A stretch of 32,000 bases of DNA from Fastidiosibacter lacustris (GCF_003428155.1 NZ_QLIR01000002.1:215182-247181), one strand, 5' to 3'; counted from the first letter of the stretch, positions 9,366 to 18,579 are shown. Program-made: numbers and translations. Notes: generated by a model from the sequence alone, not told the origin.

Positions 9366-10041
9366 TTTAAATTCTTTTTTCTAAAAACTTTCCTTTGAAA
9401 AAAGACAGTAGATCTTCAACAAAATAATCAATCTCCGAATGTGTCATAAATCTTGCATGAGCAGTATCGTCTGCGTTAACAAGTACCGTAGTCATTCCTA
9501 GTTGTTTGGCGGGAATTAAATTATGTGATGAGTCTTCAAAAAAACTGCTTTGTTTGGTGTAATTTTTAGCACATCAAAGCAATACTGATATGCTTTTATA
9601 TTTGGTTTTGGAATCAATCCAGTACATTCCAAAGTCACAACATCTTGAATCACTTGATGTAATCCAAGCTTATTGATAACGCGTCCTGCATGATAACGTG
9701 AACCATTGGTAAATATCGATAAATGTTTACCATTTTCTTTTAATACATTCAAAAATGTCAAAAGTTCATTATCTAGTTGTAAGCTTTCCAATGGTACGTT
9801 ATCAACTACCTTTAGAAATTCATATGGATTAATGTTGTGATGGTACATAAGACCGTGCATCGTCGTGCCAAAGCTGCGATAATATTTCTCTCTTAAAAAA
9901 TCCGCCTCTTTACGAGGAACCTTTAACTTAATTTACAATAAAATTAGACATATTGCGCAGTTGCAAATCAAAAAAGGCAGAACTTGCCGAATAAAGGGTA
10001 TTATCTAAATCAAATACATAATGCTCAAAATTCAAGTGCAT
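9366..10041 (-). pseudogene. HAD-IA family pyrimidine 5'-nucleotidase-like hydrolase, disrupted by two frameshifts
   Basis: The reverse strand reads MHLNFEHYVFDLDNTLYSASSAFFDLQLRNMSNFIVN* (HAD motif I, DxDxT). In another frame it reads KLKVPRKEADFLREKYYRSFGTTMHGLMYHH...SIFTNGSRYHA...KPNIKAYQ (the listed ORF 9516-9860). After an A7/T7 run at 9538-9544 it continues in a third frame as FFEDSSHNLIPAKQLGMTTVLVNADD...EKRI*. Confidence 0.78.
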
Positions 10042-10126
10042 CTTAGTTTTTCTTAATCCTTAATCACATATAGCGCAAGCTTAGTGAGTTTAGCCAATAT
10101 TTGAAAGTAGTTTTTCAGTCTCTATT

Positions 10127-11542
10127 TTAATGCAAGTTTAATTTATAAAGGATGTGATCATAACGGTTACCGCTCACTTGCTGGTGATTTGGCAAAAGCA
10201 TGTCAAACTGAAAACCCAAGCGCTTAGCTACTTTTTGACTTCTTTTGTTTTCAACTGCGCAACTTATCGATACGTCTAATAAATCAAACGCATGAAATCC
10301 GTAATCAATCAATGCTTTAACAGATTTTGTCATAATTCCTAATCCAAGATAATCTTGAGCTAACCAATAACCAATTTCAGCACTTTTAGTTTGTTGGTGG
10401 ATAGAATTAAAACTCACTATCCCGATAAGCTTATTTTCAATAAAAATACCTAAAATTAAGCTTTTCTGCTCCAAGAATCCCTGATGGGTAAAATAGATAA
10501 AATCGACCGCATCTTGCAGTTGCATCAGTACATTTGCCCATTCAAACCACATCTGTAGATGGTTTTGATTGTATAACTTTAATTGATGTAAGCTTTCTGC
10601 ATCACATGGTCGCAATAACCTAAGCTTAATAACACCATCCACAGGAATAATAAGCTTTTCTAATCTTTCCAATTGTTGGTAAATTACTTGCGTAACAGGT
10701 ACCTTGATATTTTTCTTTTTGGCCATTTCAATGAAGTTATGGTAAATACTGCCAAGTTCCATTGGTTTGCCTTCATTATAGTCATACCACATACTAAAGT
10801 AAGCTCCTCTATATTCAGATCTGGTCAATGCATGGATAAGGTTATTTATCTTGTCCGTTGATAAGAAAACGTTATAGGCTTTCGCAACCTCAATGACTTC
10901 ATTGCCAACATCGGTTATTATCTTAACTGTTTTTATGTCTTTTGCCATGCTGGGCATGTCTTGCTGAGATATGACTGATACACCGTTACAAGAAGCACTA
11001 ATCAATAATTTTTGAAAGCGTAAATCCAGCACACTTTTTTCTTTAATAACTTCATCAAATATATACTTTAACACATATTCAATGTGCGTATTTTCACAAT
11101 TAGTGCAAAACGCATAATTTAAGTTAGACAAATGATTATGCCATGTGATCACATTAGCATGTTTACTGACTTTAATGTGACTAATTGCCCCAATTATAAC
11201 ATTACTCTTATGAATTAAACTTAATAATTTTTCCTCTTCACCAATTCCATTTTGGATCATTACAATAGTTTTATTTTTGAGCTGCGCTAACTGGCTAAAA
11301 ACAACATCATTTGCCGTTGATTTTGTACAAATAAAAATGACCTCTCCATTTATTTCTGCAACGTTTGTTACAATGTCATCGAAATTTGCATAAGCCTCTA
11401 TATTACCAACAATTTTCAAATTTATAGAAATATGATTTTGACTCATTTCTTTAAATACTAGTTGCACAGGAATACCTGCGCATTTTAATTTCACTGCAAT
11501 AAACCCACCCACTGCGCCTACGCCAATAATGCTGACTTTCAT
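10127..11542 (-). CDS. fusion protein: ketopantoate reductase (PanE/ApbA)-like N-terminal two-domain module plus a C-terminal RimJ/RimL-type GNAT N-acetyltransferase
   Basis: The N-terminus MKVSIIGVGAVGGFIAVKL is a Rossmann GxGxxG motif. FQKLLISASCNGVSV resembles the PanE xxKLxxNxxxN helix. The last roughly 170 aa carry GNAT motifs (IGIVSF...AEIGYWLAQDYLGLGIMTKSVKALIDYGF, ENKRSQKVAKRLGFQF). The ATG at 11542 is preceded by AGGAAG; the listed GTG at 11548 is less likely. Confidence 0.7.
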   Translation of the reverse strand: MKVSIIGVGAVGGFIAVKLKCAGIPVQLVFKEMSQNHISINLKIVGNIEAYANFDDIVTNVAEINGEVIFICTKSTANDVVFSQLAQLKNKTIVMIQNGIGEEEKLLSLIHKSNVIIGAISHIKVSKHANVITWHNHLSNLNYAFCTNCENTHIEYVLKYIFDEVIKEKSVLDLRFQKLLISASCNGVSVISQQDMPSMAKDIKTVKIITDVGNEVIEVAKAYNVFLSTDKINNLIHALTRSEYRGAYFSMWYDYNEGKPMELGSIYHNFIEMAKKKNIKVPVTQVIYQQLERLEKLIIPVDGVIKLRLLRPCDAESLHQLKLYNQNHLQMWFEWANVLMQLQDAVDFIYFTHQGFLEQKSLILGIFIENKLIGIVSFNSIHQQTKSAEIGYWLAQDYLGLGIMTKSVKALIDYGFHAFDLLDVSISCAVENKRSQKVAKRLGFQFDMLLPNHQQVSGNRYDHILYKLNLH

Positions 11543-11613
11543 GTGCACTTCTTCCTGGTTATGCTCAATTTATGTTATATTGCCATGATATTAATAAAAT
11601 AAGAATTACGTTT

Positions 11614-12153
11614 ATGCCAATTCGAAGCTTTAATGAGATTACGCCCAAAATTGATAATAGTGCCTTTATTGACCCTATGGCAACTGTAACCGGTGATGTA
11701 ATTATTGGTAAACACAGTTCCATATGGACAAATGTTAGTATTCGAGGAGATTTACTGAACATTACCATAGGCAATAAAAGCAATGTTCAAGATAATAGCA
11801 GCATTCATACCACACAGTTCTTTGATCGCCCTGGGTGTGGCTTTGATGTGAAAATTGGTGATGAAGTCACCATTGGGCATGGTGCGATTATTCATGGCTG
11901 CCATATTGGCAATCAAGTCTTAATTGGCATGGGAGCAATTATATTAGATGGCGCTATTATCGAAGATGAGGTTATTATTGGTGCAGGTGCTGTCGTTTCT
12001 CCTGGCAAAAAACTAGAATCAGGTTTTTTATATATAGGTGCTCCAGCTAGACAGGTGCGCCCATTAAAAGAAAGTGAGAAACAATATATTCGTGCAAATG
12101 CTCAAAATTATTGCGAAATTATGCAACAGCATAAAAAAGGATTAAACCAGTAA
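11614..12153 (+). CDS. yrdA: gamma-class carbonic anhydrase-like hexapeptide-repeat protein (YrdA family)
   Basis: Aligns by eye along its whole length with E. coli YrdA (IRGD...I.IG..SN.QD.S..H, IGD.VT.GH....HGC.IGN.VL.GMG.I.LDGA..ED.V.IGAG..V...K.LESG.LY.G.P....RPL). Start placed at the internal Met (MPIRSF). Confidence 0.85.
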   Translation: MPIRSFNEITPKIDNSAFIDPMATVTGDVIIGKHSSIWTNVSIRGDLLNITIGNKSNVQDNSSIHTTQFFDRPGCGFDVKIGDEVTIGHGAIIHGCHIGNQVLIGMGAIILDGAIIEDEVIIGAGAVVSPGKKLESGFLYIGAPARQVRPLKESEKQYIRANAQNYCEIMQQHKKGLNQ

Positions 12154-12154
12154 T

Positions 12155-12958
12155 ATGTCTATTTTCACTCACACCTTACAGCTTATTGAATCAAAATATA
12201 TATCTCTTTTGGGCTTTCCCTACGAAAAGCGAATGAATAAAAATATGTGGCAAAATTCAACTTGTCAAAAACACACAAAATGCAAGGCGAGCAAGTCTGT
12301 GAAATGGTCTATCGGTGTATATGCCTTGCGAAACTTAAGTTATTTTATTAGCGTTAGTTTTATGGCTATTTTTATTAGTTCTTGTACGACTATCAGCATA
12401 CCTAAATCACCATTATTGACAAGTCAAAACCCAGAAAGCCAATGGCAAAACTATCAAAGAATCTTAACCACTCTAACCACTTGGCAAGTTTCTGGTGTGG
12501 TTGGTGTTGTAATGAATCAAAAAGGTGAATCTGCCAATTTTATTTGGAAACAAAACAAAAATTCTTTCTGGATCCAAATTTATGGTCCGCTTGGCTTAGG
12601 TGCAACAACGTTTGAAGGAGATACTAATACTCAAGAAGTAACTTTAAAGCGTAGTAATGGTGAAACTGTTAAAGCTAAAAGCTTACAAATATTAATGCAA
12701 TCTCAATTAGGTTGGAGCATCCCTATTGCTGGGCTTTACTACTGGGTACGTGGTTTATACATCCCTAATGCTGCACATATACTTACACTTAATGAATATG
12801 GATTAATCCAAAATTTACACCAACAAGGCTGGATGATTGATTACAGTCGTTATATGTTATTTGCCCATAAATATCCACTTGCTGAAAAAATGATATTTCG
12901 TTATGGTGAGGACTTAAAAATTACCTTGATTATTAAAATATGGCAACTCAATCCTTAA
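12155..12958 (+). CDS. lolB: outer-membrane lipoprotein LolB
   Basis: Lipobox FISSC (Cys77 of the listed ORF) after a hydrophobic stretch. The LolB-like core is WQVSG..GV......ESANF.W.Q......I.I.GPLG. Position is conserved directly upstream of ispE. The true start is probably internal: an in-frame GTG at 12299 gives MKWSIGVYALRNLSYFISVSFMAIFISSC, and ATGs at 12233 and 12245 are alternatives. Confidence 0.8.
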   Translation: MSIFTHTLQLIESKYISLLGFPYEKRMNKNMWQNSTCQKHTKCKASKSVKWSIGVYALRNLSYFISVSFMAIFISSCTTISIPKSPLLTSQNPESQWQNYQRILTTLTTWQVSGVVGVVMNQKGESANFIWKQNKNSFWIQIYGPLGLGATTFEGDTNTQEVTLKRSNGETVKAKSLQILMQSQLGWSIPIAGLYYWVRGLYIPNAAHILTLNEYGLIQNLHQQGWMIDYSRYMLFAHKYPLAEKMIFRYGEDLKITLIIKIWQLNP

Positions 12959-13776
12959 TTTATCCTTCATTTGCTAAAATAAATCTATTTTTACACATTA
13001 CAGGTAAGCGTCACGATGGTTACCATGATCTGCAAACGTGGTTTCAATTTATCGATTTAAAAGACTATTTGCATTTTACACCACGCCAAGACAATGAGAT
13101 CTCGATTTTAAGCAACATTAAAATCACAGAGCTCTATAACAATTTAGTTTATAAGGCTTCAAATGCACTCAAAGCCTTTGCTCAGAATCCAATTGGTTTT
13201 GACATTTTTATTGAAAAGAATATTCCACTAGGGGCTGGTCTTGGCGGTGGCAGCAGTAATGCTGCTACCACCCTTATTGCACTTAACACACTGTGGCAAT
13301 GCAATTTATCAAATGAAATGCTCCATGCAATTGGTGTCAAGCTTGGTGCCGATGTTCCTATATTTTTATTCCAAAAAGCAGCTTGGGCAGAAGGCATAGG
13401 TGAATTACTTACTGAGAAACCCTATATTGAACAATATGCTTTGATTATAAAACCCAATTTTCATGCCTCAACTGCTAAACTTTTTAATCACCCAAGTCTC
13501 AATAAACATAAGCCACTATTAGATAAAAATGCTGAAATAGACTTGTCGCAACAAGAAAATGTATTTTTAATCGCTATATCGAACCTCTATCCAGATGTTT
13601 GCCAAGAGTTAAATAAATTGCCTGATGCTAATCAACTAAAGCTGACAGGAACAGGTGCTTGTTTTTACCTATTGAATCCAGATCTTGATCGCCTTTTACA
13701 AAATAAGAAAAACTTAAAAAAAGATATTGACAGTTGGATAGTTAAGACATTAAACTTTGCTCCTGTCGAAAGATGA
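12940..13776 (+). CDS. ispE: 4-(cytidine 5'-diphospho)-2-C-methyl-D-erythritol kinase
   Basis: PSFAKINLFLHITGKRHDGYH.L and the GHMP kinase motif IPLGAGLGGGSSNAATTL. Overlaps lolB by 19 nt. Confidence 0.93.
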   Translation: MATQSLIYPSFAKINLFLHITGKRHDGYHDLQTWFQFIDLKDYLHFTPRQDNEISILSNIKITELYNNLVYKASNALKAFAQNPIGFDIFIEKNIPLGAGLGGGSSNAATTLIALNTLWQCNLSNEMLHAIGVKLGADVPIFLFQKAAWAEGIGELLTEKPYIEQYALIIKPNFHASTAKLFNHPSLNKHKPLLDKNAEIDLSQQENVFLIAISNLYPDVCQELNKLPDANQLKLTGTGACFYLLNPDLDRLLQNKKNLKKDIDSWIVKTLNFAPVER

Positions 13777-13811
13777 CAACCCTTGAAGTTAAAGGGTTTT
13801 ATCGTCAAGAT

Positions 13812-13886
13812 TGGGCTGTCGCCAAGCGGTAAGGCAACGGGTTTTGATCCCGTCATACCTAGGTTCGAATCCTAGCAGCCCAGCCA
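13812..13886 (+). tRNA. tRNA-Gln (anticodon UUG)
   Basis: TGGGCTG...CAGCCCA acceptor stem, GCCAAGCGGTAAGGC D-arm, anticodon loop TTTTGAT (UUG), GGTTCGAATCC T-arm and an encoded GCCA 3' end. Near-identical in architecture to E. coli tRNA-Gln. Confidence 0.92.
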
Positions 13887-14196
13887 TAAACTCCTATAAT
13901 ACTCCTTATATTTCGGGTTACAGTTAGAGATGTAAAATAAGTCTAAAAAATGTCTCTTTTTACTGTTTAGTGATCTTGATATTTGAGAGTTCTTGCAAGT
14001 AGACAAGATTGATCAAAGGTTTTAATATAAACTGATAGACTTAAGTTATTTTTGAGACATTACTAAGCTTTAAATTAAATTATGTAATGTTGAAATTTTA
14101 AGTTTTTATTAAGCTTTAGCTTTTAATTTTGTGTTGTCTTTGTTCACTTATCTTGAGTGAATTTATTTAACTTCAACTTAAAAATGAGGAAAAGCA

Positions 14197-14802
14197 ATGA
14201 AAAAATTAGTATTAGTATTAGGTTTAGCTGCTGCTTCAACAACTATTTTTGCAACTGGTTATCAGGTCTATAGTGAACCAAATAAAAATTCACAAGTTAT
14301 TTCTCAATTAACAGACCAAAACCAAAATCAATATATCCAATTTTACCAGCAAGATGACTGGGTGAAGGTAGCAAATACTCAAACAGGAGCAGTTGGCTGG
14401 GTAGATACGGCAAAAATGCAACAATCACAAGCTAAATATCAAAATGCTATTAATGCATTAACTGCTGAGCAAAAGCAACTTGAAGCGCAACGACAATTAT
14501 TTGAGCAAAACTATCAACAAGCCGTTTCTCATTTGCAACAAAAAGTGCAACGATTACAGCAACAAATGAATGCAAAAACTGAGCAACCAATTCCAAATGT
14601 GCAAGTAAACGATCAACCTGTAGTACAGAATCAAACCCAAACAAATATTCAACGTTCATTTAATGCGATAAGTATAAAAACGAATTCAGACGGAAAAACA
14701 GCGACAGTGACAAAAGAATGGTTAGGGAATGATGGTAAAATTCATAAGGAAACTAAACAAGTTACTTTAAGTGACTTACAAAATACATCTTTGAATTTCT
14801 GA
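14197..14802 (+). CDS. secreted hypothetical protein: signal peptide, bacterial SH3-like domain, Gln-rich coiled coil
   Basis: MKKLVLVLGLAAASTTIFA is a Sec signal. YQVYSEPNKNSQVISQL...DDWVKV....GAVGWVD resembles SH3b. The central QQSQAKYQ...QQKVQRLQQQ segment is heptad-like and Q-rich. GAGGAAAAGCA lies upstream of the ATG. Confidence 0.6.
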   Translation: MKKLVLVLGLAAASTTIFATGYQVYSEPNKNSQVISQLTDQNQNQYIQFYQQDDWVKVANTQTGAVGWVDTAKMQQSQAKYQNAINALTAEQKQLEAQRQLFEQNYQQAVSHLQQKVQRLQQQMNAKTEQPIPNVQVNDQPVVQNQTQTNIQRSFNAISIKTNSDGKTATVTKEWLGNDGKIHKETKQVTLSDLQNTSLNF

Positions 14803-14837
14803 GTTTTGACAATATCTGACAAAGTCAATTTTAAGGA

Positions 14838-16034
14838 TCAATTTTTAATGTTTCTATTGAGTTGAATGCGATGAGTTAGAATAATGCTGACAAGCGCGCA
14901 TATTGCCAATGTGGATAAAATAATAGACAGTGGTAATTGACTTTTTAGTGGTATAAAAGCAGCAAGAGCAGTTAAGATTCCAGCACCTAAATTTTGTGTA
15001 CCTCCTAAAACTGCTCCTGCCGTTCCTGCAATATTGGGAAACGCTTCTAATGCCTTAGTTGTTGCAGTTGGAAAAATAATGCCACAGCCTAGAAAATAAA
15101 TGCAACCAGGTAAAATAATACCTAAGCTTGTGATCCCAACTAAGTAATAAGATAAAATCATAGTAATTCCACTTATGAATAAAGTAACACAGCCAATCAG
15201 TAACAAATGATCTAAGCTATATACGCGAGCAAGTCTAGCTGAAAGAAAGCTACCAAACATATAAAATGGTAAAGGAATAATAAACAACAAACTTGTGATT
15301 GCTGGAGAAAATTGCAAAATAGAAGTAAAAAGTGCACCAGAGCTCACTTCAAATATGGCGATACCACTATTAGCAACAATCAAAAGAATCAGATTTATGA
15401 TAAAGTTGGAATTGCAAAACACAAGTTTATATTTAGAAAATACATTTCCACGGGCAGATCTTTGTAAGTTTGTTTCAGGGAAGAAAGCCCACTGGATAAT
15501 AAAGAGCAAGATCCCATAAATACTTAAGAATACGAAAATTGCACGCCAACTATGTAGATCGGAAAATAAACCACCTAGTAAAGGTGCGATAAGTGGTGAA
15601 AAAATAAGTGCAATTGCCATAATGCTATTTGCACTATGTAGCTTTAATCCAGAGTACAAATCACGCATCACTGTCCTTACCATGACACCAGCAACTGCTG
15701 TACCACTACCCTGTAGAAAGCTTGCACATAAGAGTGTTACAAAATGTGTTGAGAATATTGCTAAGGTGGAACCCAACGTAAAAAAGATGATCCCAACTAA
15801 AATCATAGGTCTACGACCAAAGCGATCAGAGTAAGGACCGTAAACAAACTGTAATAAGCCATAAGGGAAAAGGTAACAAGCAATAACTGCCTGCATTCTA
15901 CCTACACTTACTGAAAAATCATGTGCCATTTGGGTCATTGCAGGAACGTATATAGTGTTTGTCATTTGTCCCGCAGCTGTCAAAATAATAATCAAACTTA
16001 AAATTCGGTAGAAATTACGATCAAAGGTTGCCAT
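14838..16034 (-). CDS. MFS drug/metabolite efflux transporter, Bcr/CflA subfamily
   Basis: 12-TM protein with YGPYSDRFGRRPMILVG (MFS motif A) and FLQGSGTAVAGVMVRTVMRDLY, both characteristic of Bcr/CflA. Confidence 0.8.
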   Translation of the reverse strand: MATFDRNFYRILSLIIILTAAGQMTNTIYVPAMTQMAHDFSVSVGRMQAVIACYLFPYGLLQFVYGPYSDRFGRRPMILVGIIFFTLGSTLAIFSTHFVTLLCASFLQGSGTAVAGVMVRTVMRDLYSGLKLHSANSIMAIALIFSPLIAPLLGGLFSDLHSWRAIFVFLSIYGILLFIIQWAFFPETNLQRSARGNVFSKYKLVFCNSNFIINLILLIVANSGIAIFEVSSGALFTSILQFSPAITSLLFIIPLPFYMFGSFLSARLARVYSLDHLLLIGCVTLFISGITMILSYYLVGITSLGIILPGCIYFLGCGIIFPTATTKALEAFPNIAGTAGAVLGGTQNLGAGILTALAAFIPLKSQLPLSIILSTLAICALVSIILTHRIQLNRNIKN

Positions 16035-16540
16035 AGTAGCATCTGAATTAAGTGGCTCATAAATTTGTTGTCATAATATCCTAAAATAAGAAAAATAAAA
16101 GTATTGTAATTGTTATTTTGGGGTAACCTTAACTGAATAGACTCCTTATCTGTATATGTATTGCCTGAAGCAATATCTAGGCTTAAAAGCCTTATAAACT
16201 CAATTCCTGATCATCAGCTGTTATTAGACGGCAAACTAATAGCCCTATGAGATTAGTGAAATGCAAAAAGTAGAAGATTTGTACCCAACTCTTTCGAGAT
16301 AGAACTATAAAAATGAATTATTATCTTTGATAATTTGGAGAAATTGCATATGGGAGTGGGAATTATAATTTGTGTAGCATTAGCTATATTGCATCACAAT
16401 TCGTTTAATGCTGAAAAGGCTGATATATCAAAAATAAATAATTTTGTGACAGACTGTAGGGTTCAAAGCTAAAAAGGCTGTAAATAAGTATATGATATGT
16501 ATATACTGCCAAGCCAAAGAGACAAGCAAGCTTTTACATT

Positions 16541-17329
16541 ATGTTACTTACTTTAGACGTTGGCAATTCACATATCCATGCAGGAGTTTTTAACCAAGAT
16601 GAGTTGGTTTTGCAGTTTCGTTATACTACTGCATCTGCGCATGGTAGTTCAGATCAAATTGGTATTTTCTTGCGCCAAGCGTTGCATGAAAATAAAATTA
16701 ACTCTAAGACGATTACAGGAGTAGCTGTGGCTTCAGTTGTGCCTGCAATTAATTATTCTTTGCGTTCTGCAGTTTTAAAATATTTTGACCTTGAACCTTT
16801 TTTTCTACAACCAGGTGTGAAAACAGGTTTAAAAATGCAAGTAGCAACGCCAAAGGAAGTTGGTGCAGACAGAATTGCCGGCTGTATAGCGGCAGTGCAA
16901 TTATTTCCAAATACAGATATTTTGGTTATAGATTTGGGAACAGCTACCGTATTTGACGTTGTGCGTAAAGATAAGACATATTTGAGTGGGGCTATTTTGC
17001 CAGGCGTGCGAGTTTCTTTAGATGCACTAAGTGCAAGTGCAGCACAACTTTCATCAGTGAGTATTGTAAAACCACAGATAGTAATTGGTAAAGATACTGA
17101 TACTAATTTGCAATCAGGCATATATTATGGACATCTAGGTGCGTTAAAAGAGCTTAAATCAGCGATGATTAATGAGATTAATGTAGAGGCAAATGAAGTT
17201 GTTACAATTGCAACGGGTGGTTTTTCACAGTTGTTTAACGTTAAAGGATTGTTTGATATGATCGTGCCAGATCTGGTTTTACAAGGTATTAAAATAGCCT
17301 TTGATAAAAATAAAATACAAGAGAAATAA
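16541..17329 (+). CDS. coaX: type III pantothenate kinase
   Basis: MLLTLDVGNSHIH (DxGNT/S phosphate-1 motif), GADRIA, VIDLGTATVFD, ATGGFS. Length about 260 aa. Confidence 0.9.
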   Translation: MLLTLDVGNSHIHAGVFNQDELVLQFRYTTASAHGSSDQIGIFLRQALHENKINSKTITGVAVASVVPAINYSLRSAVLKYFDLEPFFLQPGVKTGLKMQVATPKEVGADRIAGCIAAVQLFPNTDILVIDLGTATVFDVVRKDKTYLSGAILPGVRVSLDALSASAAQLSSVSIVKPQIVIGKDTDTNLQSGIYYGHLGALKELKSAMINEINVEANEVVTIATGGFSQLFNVKGLFDMIVPDLVLQGIKIAFDKNKIQEK

Positions 17330-17333
17330 ATAA

Positions 17334-17906
17334 ATGCGACCAACTAGGGAACAAGCAGAACAAGCAATAAAAACGTTATTAGAATATATAGGTGAAAATC
17401 CAAATCGCGAAGGGCTAATTGATACACCTAAGCGCGTCATAAAATCGTATGATGAGTTTTTTAAAGGGTATTCAGAAGAGCCAGAAGAAATTTTAGCAAA
17501 AACCTTTGAGGATGTTGAAGGTTATGATGAGATTGTATTGTTAAAAAACATGCGTTTAGAATCGTATTGCGAACATCATATGGTCCCGATTGTCGGCAAG
17601 GCTCATGTTGCTTATTTACCTAATGGTAAAGTCGTGGGAATTAGCAAAATTGCACGTGTAGTAGACGTGTATTCAAAACGGTTACAAACCCAAGAGCGCT
17701 TAACGATGCAAATTGCTTTAGCGATTGAGAAAGCCTTAATTCCCAAAGGGGTTGCTGTCATCATTGACTCTATGCACCAATGTATGACAACACGAGGCGT
17801 ACGTAAGTCTGAAACCTCAACGGTTACAAGTTGCATGCGTGGCATTTTTAGGCGTGATGAAAAAAGTAGAAGTGAATTGATGTTACTTATTTCAGGGTTA
17901 AATTAA
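17334..17906 (+). CDS. folE: GTP cyclohydrolase I (FolE type 1)
   Basis: NPNREGL.DTPKRV, the zinc-site motif SYCEHHMVPIVGKAHVAYLP, VVGISKIARVV..YSKRLQTQERLT and HQCMTTRGV. Confidence 0.93.
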   Translation: MRPTREQAEQAIKTLLEYIGENPNREGLIDTPKRVIKSYDEFFKGYSEEPEEILAKTFEDVEGYDEIVLLKNMRLESYCEHHMVPIVGKAHVAYLPNGKVVGISKIARVVDVYSKRLQTQERLTMQIALAIEKALIPKGVAVIIDSMHQCMTTRGVRKSETSTVTSCMRGIFRRDEKSRSELMLLISGLN

Positions 17907-17997
17907 GATTCCAAATTAACCATAAAGCTATAAAAAAGCTTGGTTTAATGTGTATTATTTATATAATAATTGAATCATAAATTCACCTAATCATGTA

Positions 17998-18570
17998 ATG
18001 AAAAAGTTGCTGATACTCTTAGTGTGCTATTGCCTTGTAGGATGCGCTAGTACACATGAAATTATCACAAGCTCAATGCAAAAAACAGTTGCGGCTCCAA
18101 TAAATGATGTTCATTATGTAGATAAATTAGTAAAATTACCTAAAAATGCGACAGCTTACCTTGCTTACCCTAATAATGGATATGATGATTTGCATAGCTA
18201 TCCACAAAGTGGTAAAAAAGCAATTAATGTGATTAATCAAAGTTTTAAATCTTATTTTAGAGAGCTACATTGCGCTAAAGATTTCAGATCCGCACAGTTT
18301 GAATATTTGGCAGCTAGAGAAAAAAATTACGACTATTTTATTTTGCCGCGTATTACTAAGTGGACAGATAGCTATACACTATTTACAGGAATAGCAGATG
18401 AAGTAGTAATGAATTTAAAGATTTATGATTTAAAAACAAACACACTCATCAATGAGATAAGAATCAACAGTCAAAGCTCAAAAGTACCAGGTTTTGAAAA
18501 ATCACCATCAGAGTTGTTACAAGAACCACTATCGGCAATTGCGAGTCATTTATTTATAGATGAGATGTAG
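17998..18570 (+). CDS. hypothetical lipoprotein
   Basis: MKKLLILLVCYCLVGCAST has a lipobox (LVGC). I recognise no other family motif. Confidence 0.6.
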   Translation: MKKLLILLVCYCLVGCASTHEIITSSMQKTVAAPINDVHYVDKLVKLPKNATAYLAYPNNGYDDLHSYPQSGKKAINVINQSFKSYFRELHCAKDFRSAQFEYLAAREKNYDYFILPRITKWTDSYTLFTGIADEVVMNLKIYDLKTNTLINEIRINSQSSKVPGFEKSPSELLQEPLSAIASHLFIDEM

Positions 18571-18579
18571 GTTATAAGC

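Noticed and set aside
10673-10861. Short ORFs 10673-10861 (+) and 11565-11783 (-)
   Set aside because: They are embedded antisense in the reductase-GNAT gene and in yrdA and its upstream region. They have no motifs, and better-supported genes occupy the DNA.
13182-13856. Minus-strand ORFs 13182-13397 and 13665-13856
   Set aside because: They are antisense to ispE, and the second runs across the tRNA-Gln gene. Both are artefacts of open shadow frames.
14450-15834. ORFs 14450-14659 (-), 15295-15519 (+) and 15622-15834 (+)
   Set aside because: They are antisense to the SH3b protein gene and the Bcr-type MFS gene, with no independent signals.
16753-17845. Minus-strand ORFs 16753-17121, 17125-17343 and 17612-17845
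   Set aside because: They are antisense to coaX and folE, both of which have unambiguous family motifs.
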